Notes: generated from the sequence alone by a model not told the origin. 64,000 nt of DNA from Octopus sinensis (GCF_006345805.1 NC_043023.1:14322001-14386000); one strand, 5' to 3'. Numbered from the stretch's first letter, positions 38,596 to 51,438 are shown. Program-made: numbers and translations.

Positions 38596-41500
38596 CTGGA
38601 TGAAAAAAAAAGAAAGAAGTCAAATTTACAATATTATATACACACGCATCATCAAATTGTAGCTGTGATACCTGTGCCGGTGGCACGTAAAAAGCACCAA
38701 CCGATTGCGACCGTTGCGGCCGATGCCAGCACCACCTTGACTGGTTTTCATGCCAGTGGCACGTAAAAAGCACCAACTGATTGTGGCCATTGCCAGCCTC
38801 CCCTGGCCCCTGTGCCGGTGGCACGTAAAAAGCACCCACTACACTCACGGAGTGGTTGGCGTTAGAATGGGCATCCAGCTGTAGAAACACTGCCAGATCA
38901 AGATTGGAGCCTGGTACAGCCTCCTGGCTTCCCAGACCTCAGTCAAACCATCCAACCCATGCTAGCATGGACAATGGTCATTAAATGATGATGATGGTGA
39001 TATATATATTTCTACCTATTGAGTCAAGTACATCAACATCAAAAAATCAAATGGAAATTGTAGTTGTGATACCTGTGCCAGTGGCACGTAAGAAGCACCA
39101 ACCAATTGTGGCCATTGCCAGCCTCCCCTGGCCCTCGTGCCGGTGGCACGTAAAAAGCACCCATTACACTCACGGAGTGGTTGGCGGTAGGAAGGGCATC
39201 CAGCTGTTGAAACACTGCCAGATCAGACTGGAGCCTGGTGCAGCCTCCTGGCTTCCCAGACCCCAGTGAAACCGTCCAACCCATGCTAGCATGGAAAACG
39301 GACGTTAAATGATGATGAAGATGAAGCGTAAGTGTGTAAGGCACTTACAGATGCGGGCTATAGAAGTAGAATCAAATATATCTGGGGTTGTCAAAAATTA
39401 ATTGCAATCATCATCATCATCATCATTGTCGTTTAACGTCCGTTTTCTATGCTGGCATGGGTTGGACGGTTCGACTGAGGTCTGGGAAGCCAGAAGGCTG
39501 CACAAGGCTCCAGTCTGATCTGGCAGTGTTTCTACAGCTGGATGCCCTTCCTAACGTCAACCACTCCGTGAGTGTAGTGGGTGCTTTTTACATGTCACCA
39601 GGGGAGGTTGGCAATGGCCACAATCGGTTGGTGCTTCTTACGTGCCACCGACACAGGGATCACAACTGCAATTCCCATTTGATTTTTTGAATGGTGAGTG
39701 CAGGGGGAGCAAGGAAAAGAGGAAGACAGGTTAGAAAGGGGTGAAGAGAAGTAAAGAAAGGATTGAGGAAGGGGTCACTTAATAGGAGTAGGAGTATTGG
39801 ATGGCCAAAATCTGGGAAAGGGACAGCCATAAAACATTGATGTTTGTAATCAGGTCAACACACATTTACATATTCACATTGTTTATAGTTTATAAGGGCC
39901 AGATGGAAGGCGTTTAAAGGTATAAGGGATGTGCTCACGGGAAGGTTGGACAGGACCACCCGTACCAACCTCATCAACAGCACAACTTAACTTAGCAGTT
40001 TGGCACAAGATACTGATAGAATAAGTACTGAGCTTACAAAGAATAAGTCCTGGGATCGATTTGCTCGACTAAAGGCGGTGCTCCAGCATGGCCGCAGTCA
40101 AATGACTGAAACAAGTAAAAGGTGGTAAGCTGGCAGAATCGTTAGCACGCCGGGCGAAATGCTTAGCGGTATTTCGTCAGCCATTACATTCCAAGTTCAA
40201 ATTCCACCGAGGTCGACTTTGCCTTTCATCCTTTCGGGGTCGATTAAATAAGTACCAATTACGCACTGGGGTCAATGTAATCGACTTAATCCGTTTGTTT
40301 GTCCCTCTGTGTTTAGCCCCTTGTGGGTAATAAAGAAATATGAAACAAGTAAAAGAGTAAAAAGAGTAGAGTACTGGGGGTCAACATAATCGACTGATAC
40401 CCTCCCCTGAAAATTGCTGGCCTTGGGTTAAAATTTGAAACCAATATTATTCACTCCATGGGACATAAATTAAGCCTACTGGACGTACGGACTGAGGGAC
40501 GTACATACAAAAATATGTATATAGAAAGCACCTTTTTTTTTTTTCCAATCCTGACAGAAAAAACGATTCCCATCGTTTTGAATTAATCATGCATTATCTC
40601 ATAGCTTCAAATTTTCGATGATGTAATCGTTTATTTTTCGAAAAAAACTACGCGCCTTCACTAGTCAGTTATGGTGAGACAGTGTCACGTGACAACTTGC
40701 TGGAGCCTAGCAGCAGGTATTTAAAGGGAAAAATTTGACAAGACAGTCGGTCACCGGCTGACACTCACTGACGATGCATCGAAGAGGCCAGGGAACAGAA
40801 GAAAGAAGACATGCACCCAACACCAGAGCTGAAGACACCTCCGAAACGGGGGGCCCCGCCACGTCAAAATGGTAGAGGAGTAGGGGCCGAAACTGGACGT
40901 GGTTCCTCCTGATGATGTCTTGAGCTAACTGGATCCTATAAAGGAGCTGTTGTGGTAGCAGACCACGAAACACGGTTGTAATTCCTCAGGTAGATGTGTG
41001 AGGCTGGATCTGACCTGTTGAACCCGCTCGCATCCAAATTATTCTATCAAATGTAATGCTTATTTATTTATTTACATTATTATGAATTAATCATACAATT
41101 ATCTCAAAGCTTTGAGATTTTGTATATCGAACCAAGGGAAGTAATTTCGCTTTTCACTCATAAGAGTTTTCTCCCTTAGTTGCACAGGGATTACAGGTGG
41201 AATGGAGAATTATTTTACTGTTTTACTATTTTCAGCCATGTGGCTGTGGTCATGCTGGAGCACCACCATAAAAAATTTTCCGTTTTTTGTATTATTGTAT
41301 TTTTTCTATCTGTGCTCATGCTGGAGCACCACCATTAAAAAATTTCGGTTTTTTCGTATCTTTTAGTCAGGAGAAAAAGCAGTGTCTGTGACCCTTGAAG
41401 GGGCCCCCAGGACTAGTGGGAAGGATTCAAGGACGAAGGTAGATATGACCCTGAATCATACACCAGACCGAACTCTACTAAAGACACTAAAACAACCAAC

Positions 41501-41796
41501 TGCTGGTGTTCAAGTGGCAGGTGGGTTATATGTGTAAGCTGTGCTGGGATTTGAACTCAGAGTGCAAAGAGCTGGAACAAATACCACAAGGTATCCAGTC
41601 TGCCATTCTGCAGCCTTGGATTGCACATTTAATTTTTTAATTTTTCCTGAAAGGTGCAGGAGTGACTAGGTGGTAAGAAGCTTGCTTTCCAATCACATTG
41701 TTGGGACCTTGGGCAAGTGTCTTCTACTATAGCCTGGGGCCAACCAAAGCCTTGTGAGTGGATTTGGTAGATGGTAGCTGAAAGAAAACCCGTCGT

Positions 41797-41836
<40 letters not shown>

Positions 41837-42892
41837 ATATTTAAAGGGCAAAAACCACTAGGTGGTCAGCCGTATGCTAGAAGTAGATCACCTACACATG
41901 TATTAGAATTTTCTCTGGTTTTTCAGATTTTTGTATGCTAGGCTACTGGTTTTAAATTGATATTAATTAAATTAATATTCAGTTTATCTCCCTCATTATT
42001 TAAATGTTTTATATATATATATATATAAAAGTATTCAGAACACAGAATAACATGTAACAAAAACAATTTGTAAACATATTTACATTCCCATATAACAGTT
42101 AAGAACATCACCATTATTGTATTACGCATGCGTGGAAGCGTTTGTTTGACTAGGTGCTGCTGGCTTAATTACCCACAACTCAAGTTAGAGAAAGGGTGCA
42201 TATTATACACAAGGTTTAGGTTATTCAGAGGTACAGCCCCCTAAAAATCCCTTGCGTATTATACTCAAGGGTGGACTATACTCGAAGATTTACGGTAATA
42301 CATAATGCCAGAACATCCTGATAACACTAGCTCTCCCATTCAACTGACACATCTAACAACACCATCCTAACAACACTATTTCTTCCACTCAGTCAGGACA
42401 TCTACAATACCTCACAACACTATTTCTTCCACTCAGTCCACATACGAGGGTGAGTCAAAGCGTAATGCCATTTTGTTTAGGACATGCAGATCCCTCTACA
42501 GGAATCTGCCCCAAGTCCCACCCCTTCATCTCATAGTGATCCCTTAATCCCTTAGCATAGAGCTGACCTGGCCACCAACTCTCATAGGGCTCAAAGTCCT
42601 GTGAAATGCATGGTAACTGCAGGCAGCATGAAAGAAGCTCTTGTGGTACCGTCCAACCCATGCCAGCATGGAAAGCGGATGTTAAACAATCCCCTGCATA
42701 TTATACTCAAGGGCAGACTATACTCGAGGATTTATAGAACTGGGAATTAATTTGTCTGACTAAAACCTTCATGGGAAGATGCCCCAGCATGGCTGCAGTC
42801 CCATGACTGAAATAAGCAAAAGATAGAACATAAGACCTCCCTTTGCAAACAATAAACCTGTAACAAGCTCATTTCTCCCTCCATATACTTAC

Positions 42893-43158
42893 TTCGCCAT
42901 GAACATCATTCGAGTGTCCAGTCGATAGAGGTGTGACCTGCAAGTGGCAATCGCAACTGTGAATAAGATGTTTGAGAAGCATCCGGTCTTGTTCATCTTC
43001 ATCATTGAGGTTCAAATGCGCCACGAGGGTGCCACCTTTCTGTCTGCACACGGAAGCCACCAGAGTGTTGCAGAAGGTGACTAGCTTCAACAAAGGCACA
43101 CCGATGGTTAGCAACACACTAACGTTGTCCAAGATTACGATGGGTCGTCTGTTTGTAC
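42893..43158 (-). CDS. ELP6: ELP6 coding exon 2
   Basis: Acceptor ctttttcccag, phase 1. Encodes PIVILDNVSVLL and LQVTPLSTGHSNDVHGE. Donor GAA|gtaagt is phase 0. Confidence 0.9.
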
Positions 43159-43287
43159 CTGGGAAAAAGAGAAAAGTTATTTGTATTTTTATTAGTAGAT
43201 GGTGCCCCAGCAGGGCCACAGTCTAATGACTGAAACAAGTAAAAGCAGGTGCCGAAATGTGTATTGTACACTACAAATAGGATATTT

Positions 43288-43700
43288 GGATCTTTTCGGT
43301 TTGAACAGCAGTTTTTTCTAGCGGTGTCATATGAAATTGTCACCCATAATTATGACCCTAGTATCGATCTATTGCATTTCAATTTGTTTTAGGGTTAGGG
43401 TTTGGGGGAAGGGTATCCTTTTTTTTCTTCACAAATGTAAATAAACCCAATCTGTTTCTTAAACGAGGGACATATTCATACGGCACAGAATGTTTTCACC
43501 TCAATAGACGTCATTGATTGGTTGAAATTGCAGAAATTGAAGAAAAAAAACAACAAATATCTTACAAACTATAGAATTTTCTCAATAAAGCCAAGAGAAA
43601 AAGATGTTTTATAAACACATTCTACCAGTATAAGAAGTTTAAAAGTGTTTAGTTACGTGGAAATTATTTTAAAAAACTGCCGTTCAAACTGAAAAGATCC
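43288..43700. mobile_element. MITE with GGATCTTTTC TIRs and 8-bp TSD (Merlin-like)
   Basis: TIRs ggatcttttc(g/a)gtttgaac / gttcaaactgaaaagatcc. TSD ggatattt on both sides. Confidence 0.8.
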
Positions 43701-44393
43701 GGATATTTTTCTGAACTCAGAGTTGCAGTTAAAACAGAAATAGTGGGTAAGTTAGAAGTAGATTATGTAAATTAGGGTAAATAGTGGGAAATACAAGGCG
43801 GCGAGCTGGCAGAATTGTTAGCACGCCGGGTGAAATGCTTAGCGGTATTTTGTCTGTTGCTACATTCTGAGTTCAAATTCTGCCGAGGTCGACCTAGCCT
43901 TTCATCCTTTCGGGGTCGATAAATTAAGTACCAGTTACGCACTGGGGTCGATGTAATCAACTTAATCCCTTTGTTTGTCCCCTCTGTGGACAGTAAATAA
44001 ATAGATATTTCTTCTGTCTTCACGTTTTGAGTTCAACTTTGCCTTTCATCCTTTCGTGGTCAATAAAATAAATACCTGTTGATGTAATCAACTAGCTTCC
44101 TCTCCCGAAATTGCTGGCGTTGTGCCAAAATCTGAAACTAATTCTAAGCACAGCTTAACCAAACAGAGGAAACACAATACTCTGAAGATACCATTTTGTA
44201 AATTTCTTCCCTACATTATATGTCGGAATGGCTGTATGGCAAGAAGTTTGTTGCCCATCCCTATGGTTCCGGGTTCAGTCCTATTGTGTGGAACCTTGGG
44301 CAAGTGTCTTCTACTATATAGCCTCAGACCGACTAAAGCCTTGAGTGGATTTGGTAGGCGGAAACAGCTGAAAAAGATAAATTTCTGTATTAA

Positions 44394-44687
44394 CACCCGC
44401 ACGATTTTCATTAATAAAAAAAAAAACTCGGATTTTTTGTGTGGAATCAAGTACCTTGACCGCCTAATGAGCTGAAAATTCTCTTATTTTGGTTCGGAAA
44501 AAAAAAAAGGGGGGGGGGCGAAGCCCCCCCCCCCCACTTCGGAATCATTAGAAATTATTTTTTTCATTGAATGAATTCCTGCGACCTCCCCTTTTTTTTC
44601 GATTTGCAGCAAGTGAGGAGGTCAGGGTACTTGATTCCACGCAAAAAATCCGATTTTTTTTTTGACTTAGAGAAAATCGTGCAGGTG
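44394..44687. mobile_element. TTAA-flanked MITE with long imperfect TIRs (piggyBac-like)
   Basis: TTAA on both sides, about 75-bp imperfect TIRs and an internal poly-G/cgaag/poly-C hairpin. Confidence 0.75.
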
Positions 44688-45457
44688 TTAATATAGAAAT
44701 TTACCCTGTAAAAAATGGTCACCGTGTGTCCATACATGTATTTAAAGAGAAAAATTTTTGCAAGTGGAGGGAAGGATCTGCCATATATGTACAAAGTTCG
44801 AAATATCGCCCAAAACATTAGCATACTCTTTTACTTGTTTCAGTCATTTGACTGCGGCCATGCTGGAGCACCGCCTTTAGTCGAGCAAATCGACCCCGGG
44901 ACTTATTCTTTGTAAGTCTAGTACTTATTCTATCGGTCTCTTTTGCCGAACCGCTAAGTGACGGGGACGTAAACACACCAGCATCGGTTGTCAAGCAATG
45001 CTAAGGGGACAAACATAGACACACAAACACATATATATATATATACATATATGTGATGGGCTTCTTTCAGTTTCCGTCTACCAAATCCACTCACAAGGCA
45101 TTGGTCAGCCTGAGGCTATAGCAGTAGACACTTGCCCAAGATGTCACGTAGTGGGACTGAACCCGGAACCATGTGGTTGGTTAGCAAGCTACTTACCACA
45201 CAGCCATTCGAAACATTATAGTTTTTAATGTTATCACCAGTTCAAAAACGAGTGTGGCACGTTTGGACTCGTAAATAAGCCATTCACTGTGTTTTGACAT
45301 GGAGGTAGTTTGTTTCTTCAGAAAAAGGGTAATAACGTTCCGTGTTTGGTATTGTATTGTTACGGGACGTAAACAAACAGCACCGGCTGGGTACGAAACG
45401 GTGTCAACCTAAAGATATACAACACATAGACCCCAGGTTCAAAATTTCCCCAAATTT

Positions 45458-45501
45458 ACACCTGAAGAAGGCTGGAGGGTATATCAGCCGAAACATTGTG
45501 T
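45458..45501 (+). ncRNA. Candidate minimal type I hammerhead ribozyme, Penelope-type, probably inactivated copy
   Basis: ACAC-CTGAAGA-A-GGCTG(10 nt)CAGCC-GAA-ACAT-T-GTGT. Helix III is one transition away from the ACGT palindrome. Confidence 0.55.
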
Positions 45502-45941
45502 TCACAACAAACAAGATGAGGACAAATATCCGTCAAATGTAAATAATGTAAATAAATAAAATATAAGTTTAGAATTTTGGGAGATTTTCCGGCATTCTAC
45601 ATGTGTAAATTGTTTTATGAGTAAAAAACGGATCTTGTGATTACACTTTAGCAATTTTTGTAGACATTAGGGAATTATAAATAACGTACGAGCCTTTATA
45701 ATTTCCGTTTTGTAACATTTTATAAATAAAATAAAATATCAGTTTAGCAATTTTGGAAGAATTTCTGGCATTCCACATAAGTTATGCTTTATGAGTAGAA
45801 GAGGAAGCTTGTAATTACACATTAATAATTTTTTTGTAGATATTAGGGGATGATAATTAATGAGTGAGTCTGTAACGATTACTAAGACTTATTAATTAAA
45901 CTGACTTAATTTCTGTTTTGTAACATATTTTATAATTAAAA

Positions 45942-47790
45942 GGCGCAGGAGTGGCTGTGTGGTAAGTAGCTTGCTTACCAACCACATGGTTTCGGGTTCA
46001 GTCCCACTGTGTGGCACCTTGGGCAAGTGTCTTCTACTATAGCCTCGGGTCGACCAAAGCCTTGTGAGTGGATTTGGTAGATGGAAACTGAAAGAAGCCT
46101 GTTGTATAGGCATAGGAGTGGCTGTGTGGTAAGTAGCTTGTTCACTAACCACATGGTTTCGGGTTCAGTCCCACTGCATGGCAACTTGTGCAAGTGTCTT
46201 CTACTATAGCCTCGGGTCGACCAAAGCCTTGTGAGTGGATTTGGTAGATGGAAACTGAAAGAAGCCTGTTGTATAGGCATAGGAGTGGCTGTGGGTAAGT
46301 AGCTTGTTCACTAACCACATGGTTCCGGGTTCAGTCCCACTGCGTGGCATCATGGGCAAGTGTCTTCTACTATAGCCTCGGGTCGACCAAAGCCTTGTGA
46401 GTGGATTTGGTAGATGGAAACTGAAAGAAGCCTGTTGTATAGGCATAGGAGTGGCTGTGTGGTAAGTAGCTTGTTCACTAACCACATGGTTTCGGGTTCA
46501 GTCCCACTGCATGGCAACTTGTGCAAGTGTCTTCTACTATAGCCTCGGGTCGACCAAAGCCTTGTGAGTGGATTTGGTAGATGGAAACTGAAAGAAGCCT
46601 GTTGTATAGGCATAGGAGTGGCTGTGTGGTAAGTAGCTTGTTCACTAACCACATGGTTCCGGGTTCAGTCCCACTGCGTGGCATCATGGGCAAGTGTCTT
46701 CTACTATAGCCTCGGGTCGACCAAAGCCTTGTGAGTGGATTTGGTAGATGGAAACTGAAAGAAGCCTGTTGTATAGGCATAGGAGTGGCTGTTGGTAAGT
46801 AGCTTGTTCACTAACCACATGGTTCCGGGTTCAGTCCCACTGCGTGGCATCATGGGCAAGTGTCTTCTACTATAGCCTCGGGTCGACCAAAGCCTTGTGA
46901 GTGGATTTGGTAGATGGAAACTGAAAGAAGCCTGTTGTATAGGCATAGGAGTGGCTGTGTGGTAAGTAGCTTGTTCACTAACCACATGGTTCCGGGTTCA
47001 GTCCCACTGCGTGGCATCATGGGCAAGTGTCTTCTACTATAGCCTCGGGTCGACCAAAGCCTGTGAGTGGATTTGGTAGATGGAAACTGAAAGAAGCCTG
47101 TTGTATAGGCATAGGAGTGGCTGTGTGGTAGTAGCTTGTTCACTAACCACATGGTTCCGGGTTCAGTCCCACTGCGTGGCATCATGGGCAAGTGTCTTCT
47201 ACTATAGCCTCGGGTCGACCAAAGCCTTGTGAGTGGATTTGGTAGATGGAAACTGAAAGAAGCCTGTTGTATAGGCATAGGAGTGGCTGTGTGGTAAGTA
47301 GCTTGTTCACTAACCACATGGTTCCGGGTTCAGTCCCACTGCGTGGCATCATGGGCAAGTGTCTTCTACTATAGCCTCGGGTCGACCAAAGCCTTGTGAG
47401 TGGATTTGGTAGATGGAAACTGAAAGAAGCCTGTTGTATAGGCATAAGAGTGGCTGTGTGGTAAGTAGCTTGTTCACTAACCACATGGTTCCGGGTTCAG
47501 TCCCACTGCGTGGCATCATGGGCAAGTGTCTTCTACTATAGCCTCGGGCCGACCAATGTCTTGTGAGTGGATTTGGTAGACGGAAACTGAAAGAAGCCCG
47601 TTGTATATATATGTGTATGTATGTTTGTGTGTCTGACAACCGATGCTGGTGTGTCTACGTCCCCGTACCTTAGCGGTTCAGCAAAAGAGATCAATAAAAT
47701 AAGTATTAGGCTTACAAAGAATAAGTCCTGGAGTCGATTTGCTCGACTAAAGCATGGCCGCAGTCAAATGACTGAAACAAGTAAAACAGT
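45942..47790 (+). repeat. Ten tandem ~167-bp tRNA-derived SINE heads followed by one SINE 3' half
   Basis: Unit starts at 45942, 46109, 46276, 46442, 46609, 46776, 46942, 47108, 47274 and 47441. Each has an A-box-like TGGCTGTGTGG and a B-box-like GGTTCAGTCCC. Confidence 0.95.
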
Positions 47791-49482
47791 ATCCGTTTGG
47801 AACTTTGGGAGTTTTTCCGGCATTCCACGCATGTAAATTATAATTAATAAAGCAAACGAGGGACTTGTGATTATTAAGGCTAATTAAAATTAACCACCTT
47901 TTTACAATGTGTATTTTTGTAAACAATAACATAAGTTTAGAATTTAGGGTGACATTTCAGGAACCAGCATGCCGTTTCAATGTGGTCCCTTCTGTTTTAT
48001 AAAGACCATTGTTATTCGACAACAGTACCAATAAAAAAAGTTGTAAAACTTCAGAACTGTGGCCTCCTACCTCATAACTTTTAGAATGATGGATATTTGT
48101 CCATGAAATTTACTACAAATACTATTCAGGTAACGTAGATTACGATTGTCGGAATTTAATGCGAAAATTGGTAAGCAAGCACATATGCATACTAACACAC
48201 ATCATGTAATTATTTATCTGCAAAATTAAACTTGAAAAGGATATGTGATATGTCAGTATGTATGCATGCGCCCACCCGTCTTTTTTTTTAGATTCCGGGC
48301 AATGTTTCGTTATTAGTATATGACGTCACTTACTGGTGAGTATTTGTACGAGTATGTTTCACTAATTCTCTTTCTCGAGCAGATGAAATAATACTCTCTC
48401 TTTACTCTTTTACTTGTTTCAGTCATTTGACTGCGGCCATGCTGGAGCACCGCCTTTTAGTCGAGCAACTCAACCCCGGGACTTATTCTTTTTGTAAGCC
48501 CAGTACTTATTCTATCGGTCTCTTTTGCCGAACAGCTAAGTAACGGGGACATAAACACACCAGCATTGGTTGTCAAGCAATGCTAGGGGGACAAACACAG
48601 ACACACATACATATATATATATACATATATACGACAGGCTTCTTTCAGTTTCCATCTACCAAATCCACTCACAAGGCATTGGTCGGCCCGGGGCTATAGC
48701 AGAAGACACTTGCCCAAGATGCCACGCAGTGGGACTGAACCCGGAACCATGTGGTTGGTTAGCAAGCTACTTACCACACAGCCACTCCAGCCAATAATGT
48801 CACATACTCGTTACATCATATACTTTTACCGAAATATTACTAAATTCCGATATAATCGTAATTTACACCAACTGAATGGTATTTGTAGACATGACAAATT
48901 AACGATTTCTCTGAAAGTTAAGGAAACAAGTCGAGTAGGAAACAAAGTTGGGCGAAATTCTGGTCTAAGTTATCCATGTAACCCTTCGTAACTTTTATTT
49001 TGGGGAATTTTCATCAGATTTCAGTGAATTTATGTTCTACACACGGAATATATACGATTATAAAAAATAAAGGAAACCACCTCCATAAATCCTAAAAGTT
49101 CCACTTTTTTCGAATCTTTGTTTTAAATCCGAGTTTAAAATACAGACAGTCCGGAGTTTTTGCTTAAATCGCATCAATGGACCACCCTTGGGTATATAAT
49201 CATTCCATTAAATGTGTTTATGGGGTGAAAAATATCGAAAAACATCAATACATGTCAGAGTGACAAAGAAACGAGGAAGGTATCAGGTGGTCGTGGAATG
49301 TGCTAAAAATAAGAGCTATATGACCCTTAAATAACACATGCATTTTTTTTTTGCAAAATCGTATGAATTCCCGTGTCTAGAACACAAATTCGCAAATTTT
49401 TTTTTAAATTCTAAAAAAAAAAAAATTAAAGAAGTTATGAGAGTTATACGGGGGTGTTTAAACCAGAATTCCGCCCCCCTTG

Positions 49483-49900
49483 GGATCTTTTCAGTTTGAC
49501 CGGCAGTTTTTTCTGGTGGTGTCATATGAAGTTGTCACCCATAATTAGGACCCTAGTATCGATCTATTGCATTTCAATCTGTTTTAGGGTTAGGGTTAGG
49601 GGTGGGGGGAAGGGTATCTTTTTTTCTTCAGAAATGTAAATAAACCCAATCTGTTTCTTAAACGAGGGACATATTCATACGGCACAGAATGTTTTTTTTG
49701 CCTCAATGGACGTCAGTGATTGGTTGAAATTGCAGAAATTGAAGAAAAAAACAACAAATATCTTACAAACTATAGAATTTTCTCAAGAAAGCCAAGAGAA
49801 AAAGATGTTTTATAAACACATTCTACCAATAAACGAAGTTTAAAATTTTTTAGTTACGTGGAAATTATGTTAAAAACTGCCGTTCAAACCGAAAAGATCC
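49483..49900. mobile_element. Second copy of the Merlin-like MITE
   Basis: Same TIRs and internal sequence. TSD cccccttg / cacccttg (7 of 8 match). Confidence 0.8.
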
Positions 49901-49933
49901 CACCCTTGTTTAGGCATGCCTTAAAAAAGTTAC

Positions 49934-50417
49934 CCTCTTGATCTTCCATATAAAAGTTGAGTCGTCGATAAAGCTGTGACATGTCTCCGTCTCTCAGGAC
50001 CGAACAGAAAATGTTTTCCTGCTCTTCCTCTTCAGCCTCTTCTCTACCTCGGCCTTGGTGTACGATAGCATCTCCAAGCTCTTTGAGGGCTTCAACGAAC
50101 ACCAGGGAACCAGATTCCCGGAGCTGACGTAGATTGAGACCGAATTTCTGAGCCACGCAATGGAAATGGTTAAAGGACTGTGCGAAACTAACCACAATTA
50201 CTTTAATTGCGGGTGGCAAGCACGAGGGTGGTTGCTGCGACGGAGAAATTTGTTGGGCCTTGAGGAAGTGAGAAATGAAATGGTGCACCAGAAAGGCCCC
50301 GTCGTCTTTGGTAAAGTCTGACAATAATACATGCTTGCCGTCCAAGCTACCGTTTCCATCATCTCCGTTGCTGTTAACTGCGGAGACATCCAAGAGGTTG
50401 TTGACTTCGTTGAACAT
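49934..50417 (-). CDS. ELP6: Elongator complex protein 6, coding exon 1
   Basis: MFNEVNNLL, DGAFLVHHFISHFLKA, QSFNHF and GSLVFVEAL match the ELP6 N-terminus. Donor GAG G|gtaact is phase 1. Confidence 0.9.
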
Positions 50418-50469
50418 AGTTTACTACGTCGCTGCGGAAAGGTTTGTTTTTATCAATGAAATGAAATAA

Positions 50470-51350
50470 ATAGTCTATCTATGAGGGTGGGAGGGGGAGA
50501 GTTGTGTAGTAGGCGGAGGAGAAACAGACAGACCGAGAGAGAGTGGAGTAGGGAAGTAAAAGAGACAGAGAGGGGCACCGAAGTAAGAGAAAGGCAGAGG
50601 AGCCGGGAAGACAGTAAGAGAGAGAGAGGGAGGCAAGGAAGTAACTGAGAGGGAGAGAAAGAGAAGCAGAGAAATAGAGGGAGCTGGGAAAAGGGGAAAG
50701 AGAAGTTGTGTGTAAGAGAGAGAGAGGTAAAAGGTGCTAGGAGTAGGAGAGAGAGACAGACAGAGGGGGCAAGGAAGACAGTAAGCGAGAGATAGGAGGG
50801 GCTAGAAAGTAACAGAGAGAGAGAGAGAGAGAAGCAGAGAAATAGAGGGGAGCTGGGATAGAGGAAAGAGAAGTTGCGTGTAAGAGAGAGAGGAAAAAAG
50901 GTGCTGGGAGTAGGAGAGAAAGAGAGAGAGAGAGAGAGAAAAGAATTGCTGGTGAGTAGAAGAGAGAGGGGTAAGTTGGAAAAGTAGAGACAGAGAGGGA
51001 AAGGAAACGTAGAGGAGAGAGAGAGATGGAGAAAATGAGTAGAAGGAGACAAAGGGAGAAGTTAAGAAGTCAGAAAGAGAGAGGAAGAGGCTAGAAAGAA
51101 GGACAGAGTAAGAGGAGAGGATAATGAGAGAAAGAGAGAGGAGCTAGAGAGAAAAGGGAGAGAGGGGAAGGAAGAGGAGATGTAATGTAGAAAGAGAGAG
51201 AAAGAGAAGACAGGAAAATAGACAGAGGAGTTAAGAAGGTGATAGATAAATACTTAGATAAATAGAGAGGGAGAAATAGGATAGGGTGAGAGGAGCGCTA
51301 AAGAAAGAGAAAGATGACAGAGAGATACTTCAAGAGGAAAGGAGAGCGAG
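50470..51350. repeat. Purine-rich (GA) tract upstream of the ELP6 ATG
   Basis: Strong A/G strand bias with an internal duplicated block. Confidence 0.85.
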
Positions 51351-51374
51351 GTTGGTTGAAGGGAAATAATTTAC

Positions 51375-51430
51375 CGGTGTAGGATAAATACAGTGTTCCC
51401 ATTAGTAAATGACCGCGATTGCATTTCTAT
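51375..51430 (-). promoter_or_regulatory. Candidate untranslated first exon of ELP6
   Basis: Minus-strand donor CCG|gtaaat at 51374 and acceptor ctttccgcag at 50432, 14 nt before the ATG. The intervening sequence is a pyrimidine-rich tract on the sense strand. Confidence 0.35.
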
Positions 51431-51438
51431 TATACTTT

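Noticed and set aside
40707-40973. 88-aa minus-strand ORF as an ELP6 exon
   Set aside because: It has no ELP6 similarity, and the real terminal exon is at 38473-38595.
45942-47610. CRISPR-like array (also 7160-9330, 9590-9955 and 55255-55675)
   Set aside because: These are contiguous tandem units with no unique spacers and no cas genes, in a eukaryotic context.
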